A DNA stretch of 63,870 bases, filler included, from Cercozoa sp. M6MM (Eukaryota; Protista; Endomyxa: Ascetosporea), in the NCBI GenBank assembly GCA_040357565.1. It is 14 parts of 14 records of this genome, joined end to end, with 100 filler letters (N's around TTAATTAATTAA, not from the genome) between each part and the next. Parts side by side here need not be neighbours in the genome. Positions count along the whole stretch, not along the records: positions 1 to 3,994 come from JBDODJ010001247.1; positions 4,095 to 7,532 come from JBDODJ010001460.1; positions 7,633 to 21,344 come from JBDODJ010000349.1; 11 more parts are not named here. One strand, 5' to 3'. A model generated the notes under the pieces. It was not told where the DNA came from, searched no databases, and saw only the letters and a program-made list of their open reading frames with translations. Both the position numbers and the translations under genes were made by a program. Within the stretch, counting starts at the first letter, position 1. Every line of letters begins with the position of its first letter. This document shows, in pieces, positions 1 to 16,425 of this stretch.

Positions 1-3994
<3,994 letters not shown>

Positions 3995-4094
3995 NNNNNN
4001 NNNNNNNNNNNNNNNNNNNNNNNNNNNNNNNNNNNNNNTTAATTAATTAANNNNNNNNNNNNNNNNNNNNNNNNNNNNNNNNNNNNNNNNNNNN
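3995..4094. other. Artificial contig linker (44N-TTAATTAATTAA-44N). Further copies start at 7533, 21345, 28434, 33348, 35640, 39055, 47735, 51607, 54960, 56940, 58199 and 61644
   Basis: Identical 100-nt structure with stops in all six frames; genes on the two sides are unrelated. Confidence 0.97.
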
Positions 4095-4124
4095 TTTTTT
4101 TTTTGTTTTGTTCTGTAAGAATAG

Positions 4125-4750
4125 ACCATCTTCGCATGGCGTGTCTTGGTAAAGATCTGCGCAAAGTGTTCAAGAAGTTGTTTGAATTCTCAACGGCCAT
4201 GGAGACGGCTCTCAAAGACAAAGGCCGAACGTTTGCCAAAAGGTAAATTGATCCTAGTAGCCTACATCTGGGCGTAACTTTAAAACACGTGGATAGTTCC
4301 CATCTCGGATACTTGAGCACTTGTCCCTCAAACCTCGGAACGACACTACGCGTCTCGGGTCTAGTCCATCTCCCAAAACTGTCACGTCGACCAGATTTCC
4401 GCAACGTAATCAACGAGCTCGGTCTCGAACTCCGTGGTACCGATCAGTCCCACCTCCTTGTTTGTACTCCCTCCGATACATTACTGCGGTGCGCTTCTCG
4501 TTTACCAAATAAAGGAACTCACGGAGAGCACACTTTTGGCAAGCTCGGTATCTACGATGTCTCAAACGTACAACGTCTTGGCATGACAGAAGTGGAAATT
4601 GTGAACTCGGTACATTGTACTTTATAAACTTAAATGTAATTTAATGGGCGAGACAACGTTGTTTTCCCACCTGGCAGTTTATTGACGCAGTCGACAAACT
4701 GATTACAAAGGAACGAGAAGAACCATTGATTAGCACCGTCGACATTGTGG
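4125..4750 (+). CDS. Phosphagen (arginine/creatine-type) kinase, C-terminal part
   Basis: Spliced: DHLRMACLG...HLGYLSTCPSNLGTTLRVSGLVHLPKL...LELRGTHGEHT...IYDVSNVQRLGMTEVE, matching the ATP:guanido phosphotransferase CP(S/T)NLGT signature. 3' end not resolved. Confidence 0.9.
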
Positions 4751-5765
4751 GTATCGGTTCATCGTAGTACAGCCCTCGCAACTACTGCCAGAAATGTGAG
4801 GTTTTGTCATGCAAACTAACTTAAACAACAACATTTTGTTCGGGGGATGTGAATCTGCTTTTAACAGCAAGTGTGAACAACAGGCATGCCGCCTTAAACA
4901 CCTCCAGTTTCGCATGCACCCGATACTTCTTTGAAAGAGGCAAATTATGTCAGGCCGTGTCATTGATGAATAAGTATATTTTATTTTGTTTCGTTGTACA
5001 CACATGTCTTGTAGATTAAATGCCAACACTCAGTAGCCGAACCAACTGAACAGACGCGAGCTTCCTAAAGCCGCTCGTTGGCGACTCTCTCGCTGTGTGC
5101 GCGACATTTTACCCCACCCCCCCCCGAATTCTGCTGGCCAAACTGAACAAGAACACTAAATTTACACTCTACGGAACATTTACAGTATGGATATGGCTTT
5201 CAGTTTTCATCATAACACACTCATCCAATCCAAACGTAACACGACTTCAATTGACTGACTAAAGTTATCTTCAGGTTTGATAATGACGGACATGCGGAGA
5301 AGTACTAAAATTTATTTTCTGCAGTAAAACGAAACAACTATTTACAGTATAAATTAAAATACTATGTACTGCAAGCCGGCAGGTGTCAGTCGGTGCGCTT
5401 TCCAGTTTTGTCTGAGTCGAGTGCTTTCAGTTTAGTTCTTTTGTACCCAGGAGTCGCAATCATCCTCCATACGTGGAGTTGACGTACTGTCTCGTTATGC
5501 GCTTCAACTGTTTGAACCCTAAATGCCAGTCAATTTCAATCTAAATTTAAATTTAAACTAAATGTATGAGCCAGGTGGGGGGGGGGGGGGGGGCCCATTT
5601 GATGTGAAATTGATATTTATTTGCAACAAAAGGCAATGAATGGTAATTTACAGTATTTTCCACGGTGGAACAGGTAGCGTATTTGTGACCAAGTCGACGT
5701 GAGCTATGTGCACATACCGGTGAACTCAAGCATATAGAGCACAGTTCAAAAATAAATTTATCCCC

Positions 5766-5966
5766 TCAGCGTATCAGCAAGAATACCACAAAAAACACGA
5801 CAAGAAAGACTAATAGGAAGACAAGGTGCGTCCTTGTCGAGAATGAAGCAATCTCTTCAACCATGCCCTCCGAAAGCGGAGTTGGGGTCTTTTCTTTTGC
5901 ATTCATTCCCACTCCGGACGCTTCGTTTCCCTCTGATAACGGAGCTTTCTCTTCCTTAGCTGTCAT
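5766..5966 (-). CDS. First exon of a hypothetical membrane protein
   Basis: ATG-initiated ORF with a charged N-terminus then a hydrophobic segment (HLVFLLVFLVVFFV); downstream exons not resolved. Confidence 0.4.
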   Translation of the reverse strand: MTAKEEKAPLSEGNEASGVGMNAKEKTPTPLSEGMVEEIASFSTRTHLVFLLVFLVVFFVVFLLIR

Positions 5967-6598
5967 TTTCTCTCGAGTTAGTACCCAACATCACACCGTG
6001 TAGACTCGAGCAGCAGCATTTCACCTTACCGGCACCACAGCGCCAAACTGAAAAACCAAGTGCTGCCAACCTGACCCACTGGGGCACTCGGCTAAACTAA
6101 AGGTTGGAATACCGAAACTGCGCTGCATGACCAGCTTGACTAGCCTGACGTAAGACGAACTGAACTTAAATGCAAGCACGTCGTCTATTTTGCGTCAATA
6201 TTGCTATAAATTGTACGTCGACATAAAATAGTATCGTATAAATGTAAGTTTATATCGTACTCAGTCGATTCATACAGTCTGATTCGATTCGAACGGAACG
6301 GAAACCGTCGTTAGGCCCGATCATAAATCATTCGCCTCGTCCCTGAGAGGGAAAATGACCTAAATCATGAGGTTCGCTAAAGGCGGCCACGCAACGCCAG
6401 TTACCCTGAACTTGAATGTGTTCAGTGCGGTGGAGTCTACGGCGTAGTGAATGCGCGCAGGGTAGTTTTGGGGAAACACATCCCCGAACAGTCTCTCATG
6501 CGCATCCAGCGACGCGACGCGATACGATGATTCATATAGATACGACGGCTAGAATGATATCGTATATATTTGATCCGATCAGTCACAGGGTCGTCCCA

Positions 6599-7380
6599 TC
6601 ACAAGAAAGCGTCCGAGTGACGACGCAACTGCTCGCGCACGGAGCGTTCGAAGCGTCGTACTTCGGGATCCTCCGGGTGAGCAGCCTGCCCAACGAAAAA
6701 AGTTCCACACTTGGTCCCTTTTCGCACACTCACGAGGGAGGCAGGAAGGGCAGGTACCGCATCGTTGCGTGCGTCCTCATAGAGCGTGCGCATAAAGTCG
6801 CCTGCCTCCGCACTCAGCTATCGCAAACATACAGAGACATGACTAACCGGTCGGTGTGTAAAAGGGAGGCACCTGTGCACTACGACGCAGGACCTGCTGC
6901 GCATTGTGCGAGTGCGGTCGCCGTACCGGCGCGTGTTCCTCCTCGTCCGAGGCAGTCTTGGCATCGCCCAGCGAGTGCGTGCGCGGACGCTTTGGCAGCT
7001 CCTAAACACAGCAGTAGCCAGGGGACAGGGGTACATGTGAGTATAAGGTATAGGGGTATAATGTATAGGGATATGGGGGGGGGGGGTAAAGAGCACAAAC
7101 CGCAGGAGCCGCGGTCTCCTTGTGCTCGGCGAAGCTGTCCAGCATGGCGTCCAATGTCGCCAGCGACGATTGATGCAGCTGCCGCGTGCGCTGCGTGTCC
7201 TCCTTCTGACTCGACTGGTCCGTCGTCCTGTTGAGCAGCCCGCTGATCGCGTGCCGTCTTTGCCGTGTCACTTCTGCTTCGGAGTGGGGAGGGGGTAAAT
7301 GAGGAGGGAGCGCGCGCCCGGCCATAGAACACAACGGCACCAGCAGCCACCGCGAGTGCGCGCTCTACGTCCGCGCGCAT
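6599..7380 (-). CDS. Hypothetical protein, ~150 aa, 5 exons
   Basis: GT-AG splicing gives a continuous GC3-rich frame MRADVERALAVAAEVTRQRRHAISGLL...VREQLRRHSDAFL*. No family recognised. Confidence 0.7.
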
Positions 7381-7651
7381 GCTCGTCAGTTCTGCCCGAG
7401 TCACACAAGTTCGCCCAGTACATTGATTAGTGCAATGATTAGTACGGTTAGAGATCATCAACTACCGTGTGTCATATCGTGTCGGAAACCGTCGTGATTT
7501 TCGCGCAGTGTCGCCAGTTCTTTCCTCCTGCANNNNNNNNNNNNNNNNNNNNNNNNNNNNNNNNNNNNNNNNNNNNTTAATTAATTAANNNNNNNNNNNN
7601 NNNNNNNNNNNNNNNNNNNNNNNNNNNNNNNNTTTACCCTCCCCCCCTTAC

Positions 7652-7664
7652 CCCTTACCTTGCA

Positions 7665-7696
<32 letters not shown>

Positions 7697-7813
7697 CACA
7701 TACAGATATACATGCAGAAGTACCCATGCATACATACATACATACGGCATATACAAATATACGTCATAACATACAGATGTACATGCAGAAGTATCCATGC
7801 ATACATACATACA

Positions 7814-7845
<32 letters not shown>

Positions 7846-8032
7846 CACATACAGATGTACATGCAGAAGTATCCATGCATACATACATACATACGGCATA
7901 AACAAATATACGTCCATAACATACAGATATACATGCAGAAGTACCCATGCATACATACACACATACATCCATACATACATACATACATACATACATACAT
8001 ACCGCATATACAACATACATACATACACGTGC
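7652..8032 (+). repeat. Intronic (CATA)n microsatellite with an embedded higher-order unit
   Basis: CATA runs interleaved with four copies of ATACAGATRTACATGCAGAAGTAYCCATGC. Confidence 0.9.
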
Positions 8033-8068
8033 ATACCCTTACCCCTTGTTTCCCCCCCCCCCTCGCAG

Positions 8069-10435
8069 AGGCGCGTGGCAGCGCTACGTGTGCGTAGCGA
8101 GCGTCGGCGCGGCGCTGCTGCTGCTCGCGAGTGCCGGCTACCGTCGGCGCTACATGACGATATCGTCCGCGCGGACAGGTTGTGGAGCACGTGCGTGGCT
8201 ACACGTGCTGATCGTGCTGTCGACAGTGTCACTGGGCGTGATTGCACTCGGAGTGACACGTGTCCTCCCGATGGGTACACTGAGTGACGGTGCCACTTTG
8301 TTGTGCTACGTGTGCACGTGCACTCTCTGTTGCTCCGTGTCCTTGTGTCTCTGCACCTGCCGCCTACTGACTCCGGTGGGTCTTTACCCCCTCACCCCCA
8401 TCTCACCTATTTACCCCTCGTGTTTACGCGGTGTCTACCCCCGTGTTTACCCACCCCGTACAACTTGTGGATCGCATGGATAATGGTCTTGCTATGACTC
8501 GCGTCCGCGCGGACAGGTGTACCCGCGGAAACGCGCGGAGCGGCGTCTGCGGCGGCACGTCGGCCTGTGCGTGGCGGCGGCGGCGGCGGCGCTGGGCGGC
8601 GTGACGACACTCGCGGTGCCGCTGGCGTCGCTGCACTGCGTGCGCGTGCTGGCACTGCTGCAGCTACTTCTGCCGTACCCTTAATTAAGTGGTCATGTGT
8701 GCGATCACTCTGAGTGGTCACTGGTGGTCATATGGGTGGTCACATGGGTGGTCATATGGGTGGTCACATGGGTGGTCACGTGGGTGCAGACTGACGCAGC
8801 TGCTGCTGAGTCGGCGGCAGGCGCGGCGTCAACTGCGGCGACTCGCGCATCTGCCGCGCTTCGTCGACTCGGTGCGCCGTTTGATGCGTCTCGCCATGGC
8901 TGTGGGTAGTTTCCTCCCCCTTACCTCCTGTTTATCCCCCCCCCCCGTTTACCCTTCTGTTTACCTAGCTGTTTCCCACCAGCTTACCCTCTTGTTAGCC
9001 TCCTTGTTTACCCTTGTTTAACCCTTGTTTCCCCTTGTTTTCCCCTTGTTTACTCGCCTGTTTACCCATCTGTTTATCCATTGTTTCCCACCAGTTTACT
9101 CCCTGGTTTACCCCTGTTTACTCTCTGTTTACCCACCAGTTTACCCTCTGTTTACCCACCAGTTTACCTTCTGTTTACCCCAGCTTAACCTTTTGTTTAC
9201 ATTCTGTTTATGTTACTGTCTGTTATCCCCCATTACCCCCCTGTTTACCCCCCCTGTTTGCTCCCCTCTTAACCTTACCCCCTGTCCCCCAGGAGTATGC
9301 ACGCTGGTGCAGGCGACGCTGTGTGCGTTGCAGTTCGGACTGCGCAGTGCTCCGGCCGGAGTGATCGCGGCGGCCACGTGCGTTGCACTGGCCACGTGCG
9401 TGCTGCTTCCGCTGCAGTATCTTACCCCACACCCCTTTTACCCCCCTTTATACCCCCCCCCCGAGACAGAGTGCTGCAATATTGTCGTTCCGTATGCTAC
9501 CGTCCGAACTGTCAGGTTTTACCCCCCCCCCCCTAATCCTACCCACATTTACCCCCCATCCCCCATAGTGTCAGAAAAAAGAAGAGTTCCTTCGATTGCA
9601 CCAGCGATTGTACTTAATTTAACCCACCCATCCTACCCTCTTACTCCCCTTTTTTCATGCGACAGGTGCACAGCCAAGTTCGGCGCTTTCAGCGGCGATG
9701 TCGAACGCGGCAATCTCGCGGACTTTCTGAACTCGCGCTTGGCCGCCTTCTCTGCGTCGCACTCGTAGAACTGCGCTGTTTACCCCCCCCCCCTGCCCCC
9801 TTTACTTCCCTCTTTACTTCTCTCTTTACTTCCCTCTTTCTTCCCTCTTTAGCCCCCCTTAATCCACCCTCTTTGCCCTTGTTTACCCCCTCCCTACCCT
9901 ATCTCCCCCAGAGCGGACAAGAAAGGCACACTGCTGCTGCTAGAAGACGAAAGTGAAAGCACTTCCAATCGCGGTATACTGAGCATGTACCCTCTTCAAC
10001 CCATTTTCCCCCCCCCCCCCCCCAGCCACGGTGATTGCCCGCAACGTGCGTTTCTACGACGACACGGCGCACGTGACGGACTCGTCGCCACAGGTCGAGT
10101 TGACAACCGCTGACAACGATGGCAAAAACAACAACAACAGGGACAACACCGGCGAGAGAAACAACAACACGCCGAGCACGTCGCTGCTGCAGCGTGTGAT
10201 GCGAAAGAGCGTCGCCGGTGTCTCCTCCAGTACCAGCACTCCCAACAACAACAGCAACAACAGCAACAACAACAACAACAGCAACAACAGGAACAATACC
10301 ACACAGGTGCTGGACAGTCTGAGGTACTCTTCATTACTGCACTGGTCTATTGTATCATGATTGAGTTGTGTTGCGCATACTAGAAACACGGGCCTGTCGC
10401 AGGAGGTACCTGTTGCAGGTGCTCCTCGCTTGTAG
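8069..10435 (+). CDS. Hypothetical multi-pass membrane protein with an Asn-rich C-terminus, 5' partial
   Basis: Several hydrophobic exons joined by GT-AG introns, a poly-Asn exon at ~10030-10323 and TAG at 10433-10435. Confidence 0.65.
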
Positions 10436-10596
10436 ACCTCTTCATACAGTATTCTCGAGATACAGTATGTCCAAAATTAGTGTTTCGCTGGTCACTAACA
10501 GTTCACTATAGCTAGTCAGTTTTGAGGCTGCTGTAGAACTGCCGACTGCTAACAGACCAACTAACAAGCTGTTGTAACTGTAGTCAGCCATTTGAG

Positions 10597-13500
10597 TTAC
10601 TGTGCTGCAGGTCCACAACACTGCTCGAGTGCGAGCATTTGGTCCGCTCGCAGCAGTTGCTGGCGCAGCATGAGGTCTCGCACCGGCAGCTGGCACATCT
10701 CGCCGCGCTGCACCAGGTCGGCGATCAGGTGCCTGACAAACAACAAGAACAACACATGTTGTTTTCATTTAATACGTGTCCAAGGTGTCTGCATATATAC
10801 TTGGTGTTTGAGTCAGTGGCATGTTTCCAAGCGTGTGCCAGAAACGGCACAATGGAGGACTTGTACACGGCGCGGCCTGGTGCGTACTGCAGTGCCTCGG
10901 GAGTCAGTTCCGACAGCAACTGCCGATGCATTGGGGAGGTTGCACTCTCTAGCTACATGTGAACTGCACAAGTTTACCTGTACAGCACGTGTCACAAGAG
11001 GCTTGTGTCGTCGCTGCTGCATGGCAACACGAGAGAACGACAGCAGTAGATCGATCGAGTGCACGCGCTGCTGCAGAGCACTCACGAATTCGTTGGCCGC
11101 TTGCGAGACTCCGCGCTGTTGCACAGCACAGTCGACACGAAGCACTCACAGTACCTGGTTTACTTTGACCGTACCTGTGACTGTGGAGCGACACAAGCGA
11201 GTAAAGAAGGCTTTGCCAGTGCGTCCAAGTTAAAGGGCAGCGCCTCGACCACCGCATCTCCTGTCGCCCGTTTACATTTGTTCGAGGGATACCACTGAAG
11301 TTAAATGTACCATGATAGACTAGTTGTGTCGCAGATCGCAATGCCTGCTGTTTCACCTTGCTGTTTGGGTCCTGCATAGTGCTGCCCAGTGCGTCCAGCA
11401 GCTTTGTTACCTGTTTCCATATCATAAAATTTGCACACATGCATGCTGAGAAACTGCGTCTACCGTTGTTCGCGACAGTTGCGACGTGTGATGCAGCAGA
11501 AGTGGCAAAAGCGACTGTCGCAGCGCACGCTGTCGTACGGTCCAGTCACTCGCATTCAATTCGCGCAACGTGTCATCTACTTGTTCCTGCAAAGAGTCGT
11601 CTTTCGGTACTATCGAAGCGGAGGACCTTGTGTGTTTCCTCCTGATTCGGTGCTTTGCGGCGACTGACGCTGTCTGCTGCTGCTGCTGCTGGTGTGGCTG
11701 AGCTTCGACTGCAGCGAGGTACTTTTGCAGGCGAGTCAATTGAGTCTTGGCGACGAATTCTGCCATCTCAGTCAGCAGTGCCTATCCAAACAAAAGAAGT
11801 TCCAACTAAACGAAATCAAAGCACACGCAGGGTCTGCTACCTCTCGATCGAAAAAGCCAAGCAAGGCGCCAAGCATGAGTTTCGAGGCACTGCGCAGTGT
11901 TGGTGATGCAGCATCGGCGGCCTTTCCGACGGCAGTGCAGAGCTGCTTCCACATGGCCCGGTGTCGTTGCACACGACGATTGAGTCGTGCGACACAGTGC
12001 GACGCATTCCGTAGCACGCATGCTCGTACTCCGGACGCGTGTTTCGACTCGAGTATTTCAAGAAATGACTTGAGTGTTCGCATTGGAGGCAGTTTCTTTG
12101 CGAGTTCACTCAATGCGCTGTCGGCAGTGGTGGCGAGAAATTCGTTCTTTGGGTCAGCAGCGCGTTTGGCGAGTCGCAGTAGCACCGGGGCACAGGCGGT
12201 AGCTTCACTTTTGTTGAGTATCCCGGTGGCTGCGAGTGCCTCGCTGCACGCTATTGCCGCGCGTGCAACGGCGGTCCTCAAGGCAACGATGGCGGCAGCG
12301 ATGGATACTGTCGCCTTCGACAGTTCGCTGTTGCTTGGCAGGTTCCAGTGATCGAGTTGTTTAAACAAGCACGGACGCTGCTGCGCAAACACGCGCAACG
12401 ACCTCAGCGCAACTAACTGACGCTGCCAATTCGCTTCTTCTTCGTCTTCTACTGCCATTGCAAACAAAATAGAAAAATAGAAAAATAGAAAAATAGAAAA
12501 TGGCAACCACTGTCCAGAAGTATACTGTTTGTACCGGCAGGCGCATTATCCAGTGCAAGATACTGAAGAGCAAGCGTGGGTGGCCATAAACCGTATCGCT
12601 CGGTTGCATCACGTGCATGCAGCCACTCCTCCACGACGCCGTCGACATCGGCATCGTCCAGCTAGTAAAACTTAATTTAAACAAAACACTTTGCTGGGTG
12701 CGAGAGACCCAATTTGATCTGATGTACTTTCGGAAGCTGCTCGTCCGGAATAAAGTTGAACTGAGCACAACGCGGCATTGACCACTTTTCGCCGCGAAAA
12801 GGAGACAAAGCGCGCGTTGGCGACCGCGGAGGTGATTCAGCAAGCGAATGCTTTGATAGCGCGGGAGATACACGCGAGACGCTTCGTATCCTTGTTCGCT
12901 TGCATCCGAGTGCTTTCGAGGAACGAGAATACGGCAGACCTCGTCTGAAAGTGTCTTCCGACTGGCTTCTCGAATGTTGTGGTGACCTTCTTTGTGGTGG
13001 TGCTGGCTTTTGGGTTGTTTGGGCCGGAGCAATTGTTGCCGACATCGCACGCCGTCGCGACATTCGCAAACGGATGTTGGCTAGTCTCGAGGACAAACGG
13101 TTCTTGTCTTTGCTCGAATGTTTCGACGTTCGTTCCAAAGTGAGTTGTTGTTGTGGCTGAGTCGTCCTCGACACTGGTGTTTCGGCCTTTGTTCGATCTT
13201 CGAGATCATTGTCTTGCTCGAGGTTGAGTGTCGGACGTTCGAACTCGCGACTGTGATCGCTACTGCAAGACTCTGGTGCAAGCCACACCGGAAGAGGCGT
13301 TTGCACTTCTTCTCGAGGAGAAATCCTCGCACTTCGCATCCAAGCAGATTGGACGAACTCTTCAACAAGCGACGGTGAGACTTCGTGTCTCTGGCCTGCC
13401 TGTCGCACGATATTGGCCACGTCACTTGCGATTTCGGGAGTTGGAACTTCGGTTATTTGCACCAGATAAGGCACGGCGCCAATATGCCTGCTTGCGAGTC

Positions 13501-14706
13501 GAAGAAAACGCGCCAGATGATCCCACACAGGCGCGGTTTGGCGAATGTAGTGCGGCGCATGTATCGCCACGGCAGTGATGCAGGACAGCGAGATACTCGC
13601 GTGCCGAATCAACTCTGCGCTTTGTTGCTGCTCGCATAGCGTGACCAGGTCATCCAAGAACTCCGCGCACATTTTCGAAGTAACCCAATGAAACACTTCG
13701 TCGGTTTTTGCTACCTTCTGCCAACACAAGGCTCGTGTGAAAAACTGGAAGCAAGAGGTACTGTACCGTTGTTGCCCGGTAGGCTTCCAAAGAGGCGTTT
13801 GCCTCAAGCAAACAGTCCACTGCGTTGTCTTGAGAAGACACTGTCGACGTTGACTGCGATGACAAGTGTCGCAAGCGCTGCAACGTTTCCTTCGAGACCG
13901 GCTGAGACGGTCGTATCGGTGAGGTTGTTCCTCGGGTCTCGATGTCTAACTCTCTGTTGTCTGGAGGGTCCATCTTGAGCATCTCACCGAAGACGTCGTC
14001 GCCATCCGTGGATCGCATATCAATCAGCGTGGCGATTCGGGACGAGGTAGCGGCCATATCGGGATGCAGTGACTGAGCAGACTCAAAGTCGTCCACATAC
14101 TGGCATTGGTGTGACAGAAGCGCCATCACGTCGCTGATGGTTCGCGCCGCGTCGTCTGAAAGCTGGAATTTGATCAACAACACCGTCTCGATTGCTTCAA
14201 GCGCATGCCGCCGCCGATCGAGATCGTTTGCGAGAATTCCGCTCTCGTCATCACTTTCTTCGCACACGACGCATCGCAGCAAAGCGAGAGCGAGGGCAGA
14301 AACCGATGTTTCTTCGCGCATGGCGAGTGTTTGAATCGCTGCAGAGGCGTCATCAACACTACTGTGCCAAGCAAGCAAATGAAGCACACTTGACGGGACA
14401 TCTTCGAGTGACTTCCACGGCCATGAAGTTCCGCCTGGACAACACAGTTGAGAAAGCGTGCGACGCTTCGGTTGGCAGTGTTTTTGAACAAAGAGTACCT
14501 GCAGAGACCGCATCGGCGATTTCGCGAATTGTGGCACGTGTCGCGGGTGCTGAAGCGAGCTTTAGCAGGTGCTCGGCCGTCGAATTCGAATCCTTTGCAA
14601 GTCGCGCGCTCAGACTGCCCCGCGAGCTGACAACGCTGGCGGAGCTTTCACTTTGTCTTAGCACACCCCCGTGTGAACTGGGCTCGTACAATTGGTGCTC
14701 GAGCAT
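10597..14706 (-). CDS. TOG/HEAT-repeat microtubule-binding protein, crescerin/TOGARAM (FAM179)/CLASP-like
   Basis: ANWQRQLVALRSLR, ALRTAVARAAI, NEFLATTADSAL, LNASDWTVRQRAL and QDPNSKVKQQAL resemble the C-terminal TOG domains of TOGARAM/CLASP proteins. Confidence 0.7.
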
Positions 14707-14898
14707 TGCATGTTGATGCTAGGAGCTCAGCTGACACGGTGTTGCGAGACACAACTCAGATTTTCTCATTTTGCCTTACGCGCGGAAGGATAAATTTGGG
14801 GTCGGGAAGAGTACAACTTTCCGCGCTGTGAACCCGCGTGTACAGCGCACGGGAGAGCGGAACACCTGCCTTTGCGTAGTTTTGTGCATGCGGTGGTC

Positions 14899-16228
14899 AT
14901 GCTTGACCATGCGCGACAGGAGGAAAACCCGAGAGAGTCTCAGGACAACGCAGTTCTCAAAAGCGCTCGACGTCGAGTTTTGCAGAACGGTTTTACGACG
15001 CGCAGCACAGCGCAAGTGCTTTCGTGGATTCTATTCGCTGCATTAATCGTGTCTCACTCGCTGCTCACGTTGCCTGCCCTAAAGGAGCGGCTAGAGTGGC
15101 CCGTGTTTGCAGTGTGTGCAGTGCTGAGTTTCGTGCCTAGCATCATCACGAGTGTCGCAGCTTTCCGTGCGACGAAGTGCCGGTGTGCAGACCCGTTGCT
15201 CAAGAGTCGTCTTCGCGATGATGCTTATCGCATTTTGTACAGCAAAGACCCGCAGAGTACGTTTCTACAGCACTGCTTGTGCCTTCTCTTTCGTTGCAAT
15301 TGAGATTATAATCGAGTGCGCGGATTTTGTAGATGTGGTGTGGTGCGTGCACTGCCAGTGGTTCGTGTCGGCTTCGGCCAAGCACTGCAGGCGTTGTGAC
15401 CGGTGCTGCGACACGTTCGAACACCACTGTGTCTGGCTCAACAACTGCGTCGCGTTCGGCAAGAACTACCGGTACGGATAGTATACTTCTGACATATGCA
15501 CGCTATAGTTATGTGTATCTGATGTGGTGTCAGAGACTTTGTGATGTCTCTTGCTTCACTACTGGTGATGCTTGCGTTGTATGGAACGCTGGCGGCCGTG
15601 CTAGCGCCCGCAGAGTCGGAGAAGACGCGCCGAGTGCTCCTGTGGGTGCTGCTCGGCGTGATGTCGTTTATTTTTGTTCCCTCGTTCCACCTGCTCGTTC
15701 TTCACGTGTGTTTTACAAACTACACCTTCCACGTTGACAAACTGATGTGTGACAGGCCTATCTGCACGCACGAGGTCTGTCCACCTTCGAGTGGATCATG
15801 CAGAACAAGAAGCGCGTGGCACCGGCACCCGAGATGCCGATCGACTCGATGCAACCGAGCGGTGGCGACGCCTTTGAGCTCGGCACTGATGTTGAGAACC
15901 GAAGCAACAGCGGCGCCAGTGTCAGCGTCGTTACTCAAGTCAGCGGAGTGGTGCAATATTGAGACTGTATGTTTCAATCGGTACCTCTGCACTATGTGAA
16001 CTGACTGACTCGCAGAGCAAGAAGAACGGCACTGCGTACCCATCGTCGCCTTCGCGAGTGCACGTGCAGTTGCGACAGCAGCGAATCGTGCACACCGACT
16101 GCGACACCGACTCGAGAGAGGACAGCGAGGCCGTACGTCTGCCCGAATTACGGCCAGACCGGGACCCGGATTCGGTCGATACGGACGATGACTACGCCAC
16201 AGGCGTTCGGAGTCTAGCGCAGTACTAA
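14899..16228 (+). CDS. DHHC-family protein S-acyltransferase (ZDHHC1/11-like N-terminus) with a variant EHHC motif
   Basis: WCVHC...KHCRRCDRCCDTFEHHCVWLNNCVAFGKNYR cysteine-rich domain flanked by TM segments; N-terminal RRRVLQNGF...QVLSW. Confidence 0.85.
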
Positions 16229-16425
16229 GCTCTAAGCAATCGTATGTAACGTGGTCTACTGCACTGAAGCGACGTCAGACAATGCCGTCGGTCGAATGCG
16301 GAACCGAACGAACGGAAGCGAACAAGAAAATCAATCGGGTGAAACGAAACTAAGCTACACGCAGGCGCAGCTATCGCGCAAACGTCTTCCTGGCCTGTTC
16401 TTGCGACAGTTTCTTCGTCTGACTC

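Noticed and set aside
4039-4050. TTAATTAATTAA recurring 13 times between N runs, as a possible biological repeat
   Set aside because: Fixed 44N-12-44N format with six-frame stops; it is a concatenation linker.
7274-7340. Apparent GC or non-canonical donor in the first intron of the 6599-7380 gene
   Set aside because: A GT donor slightly upstream (GCT G|GTGCCG) restores the frame.
8164-8518. Palindrome TCCGCGCGGA (at ~2317, 8166, 8504, 17849, 61045) and the duplicated CGTCCGCGCGGACAGGT
   Set aside because: Several copies lie in coding exons in different frames and the sequence is CG-rich; there is no consistent context.
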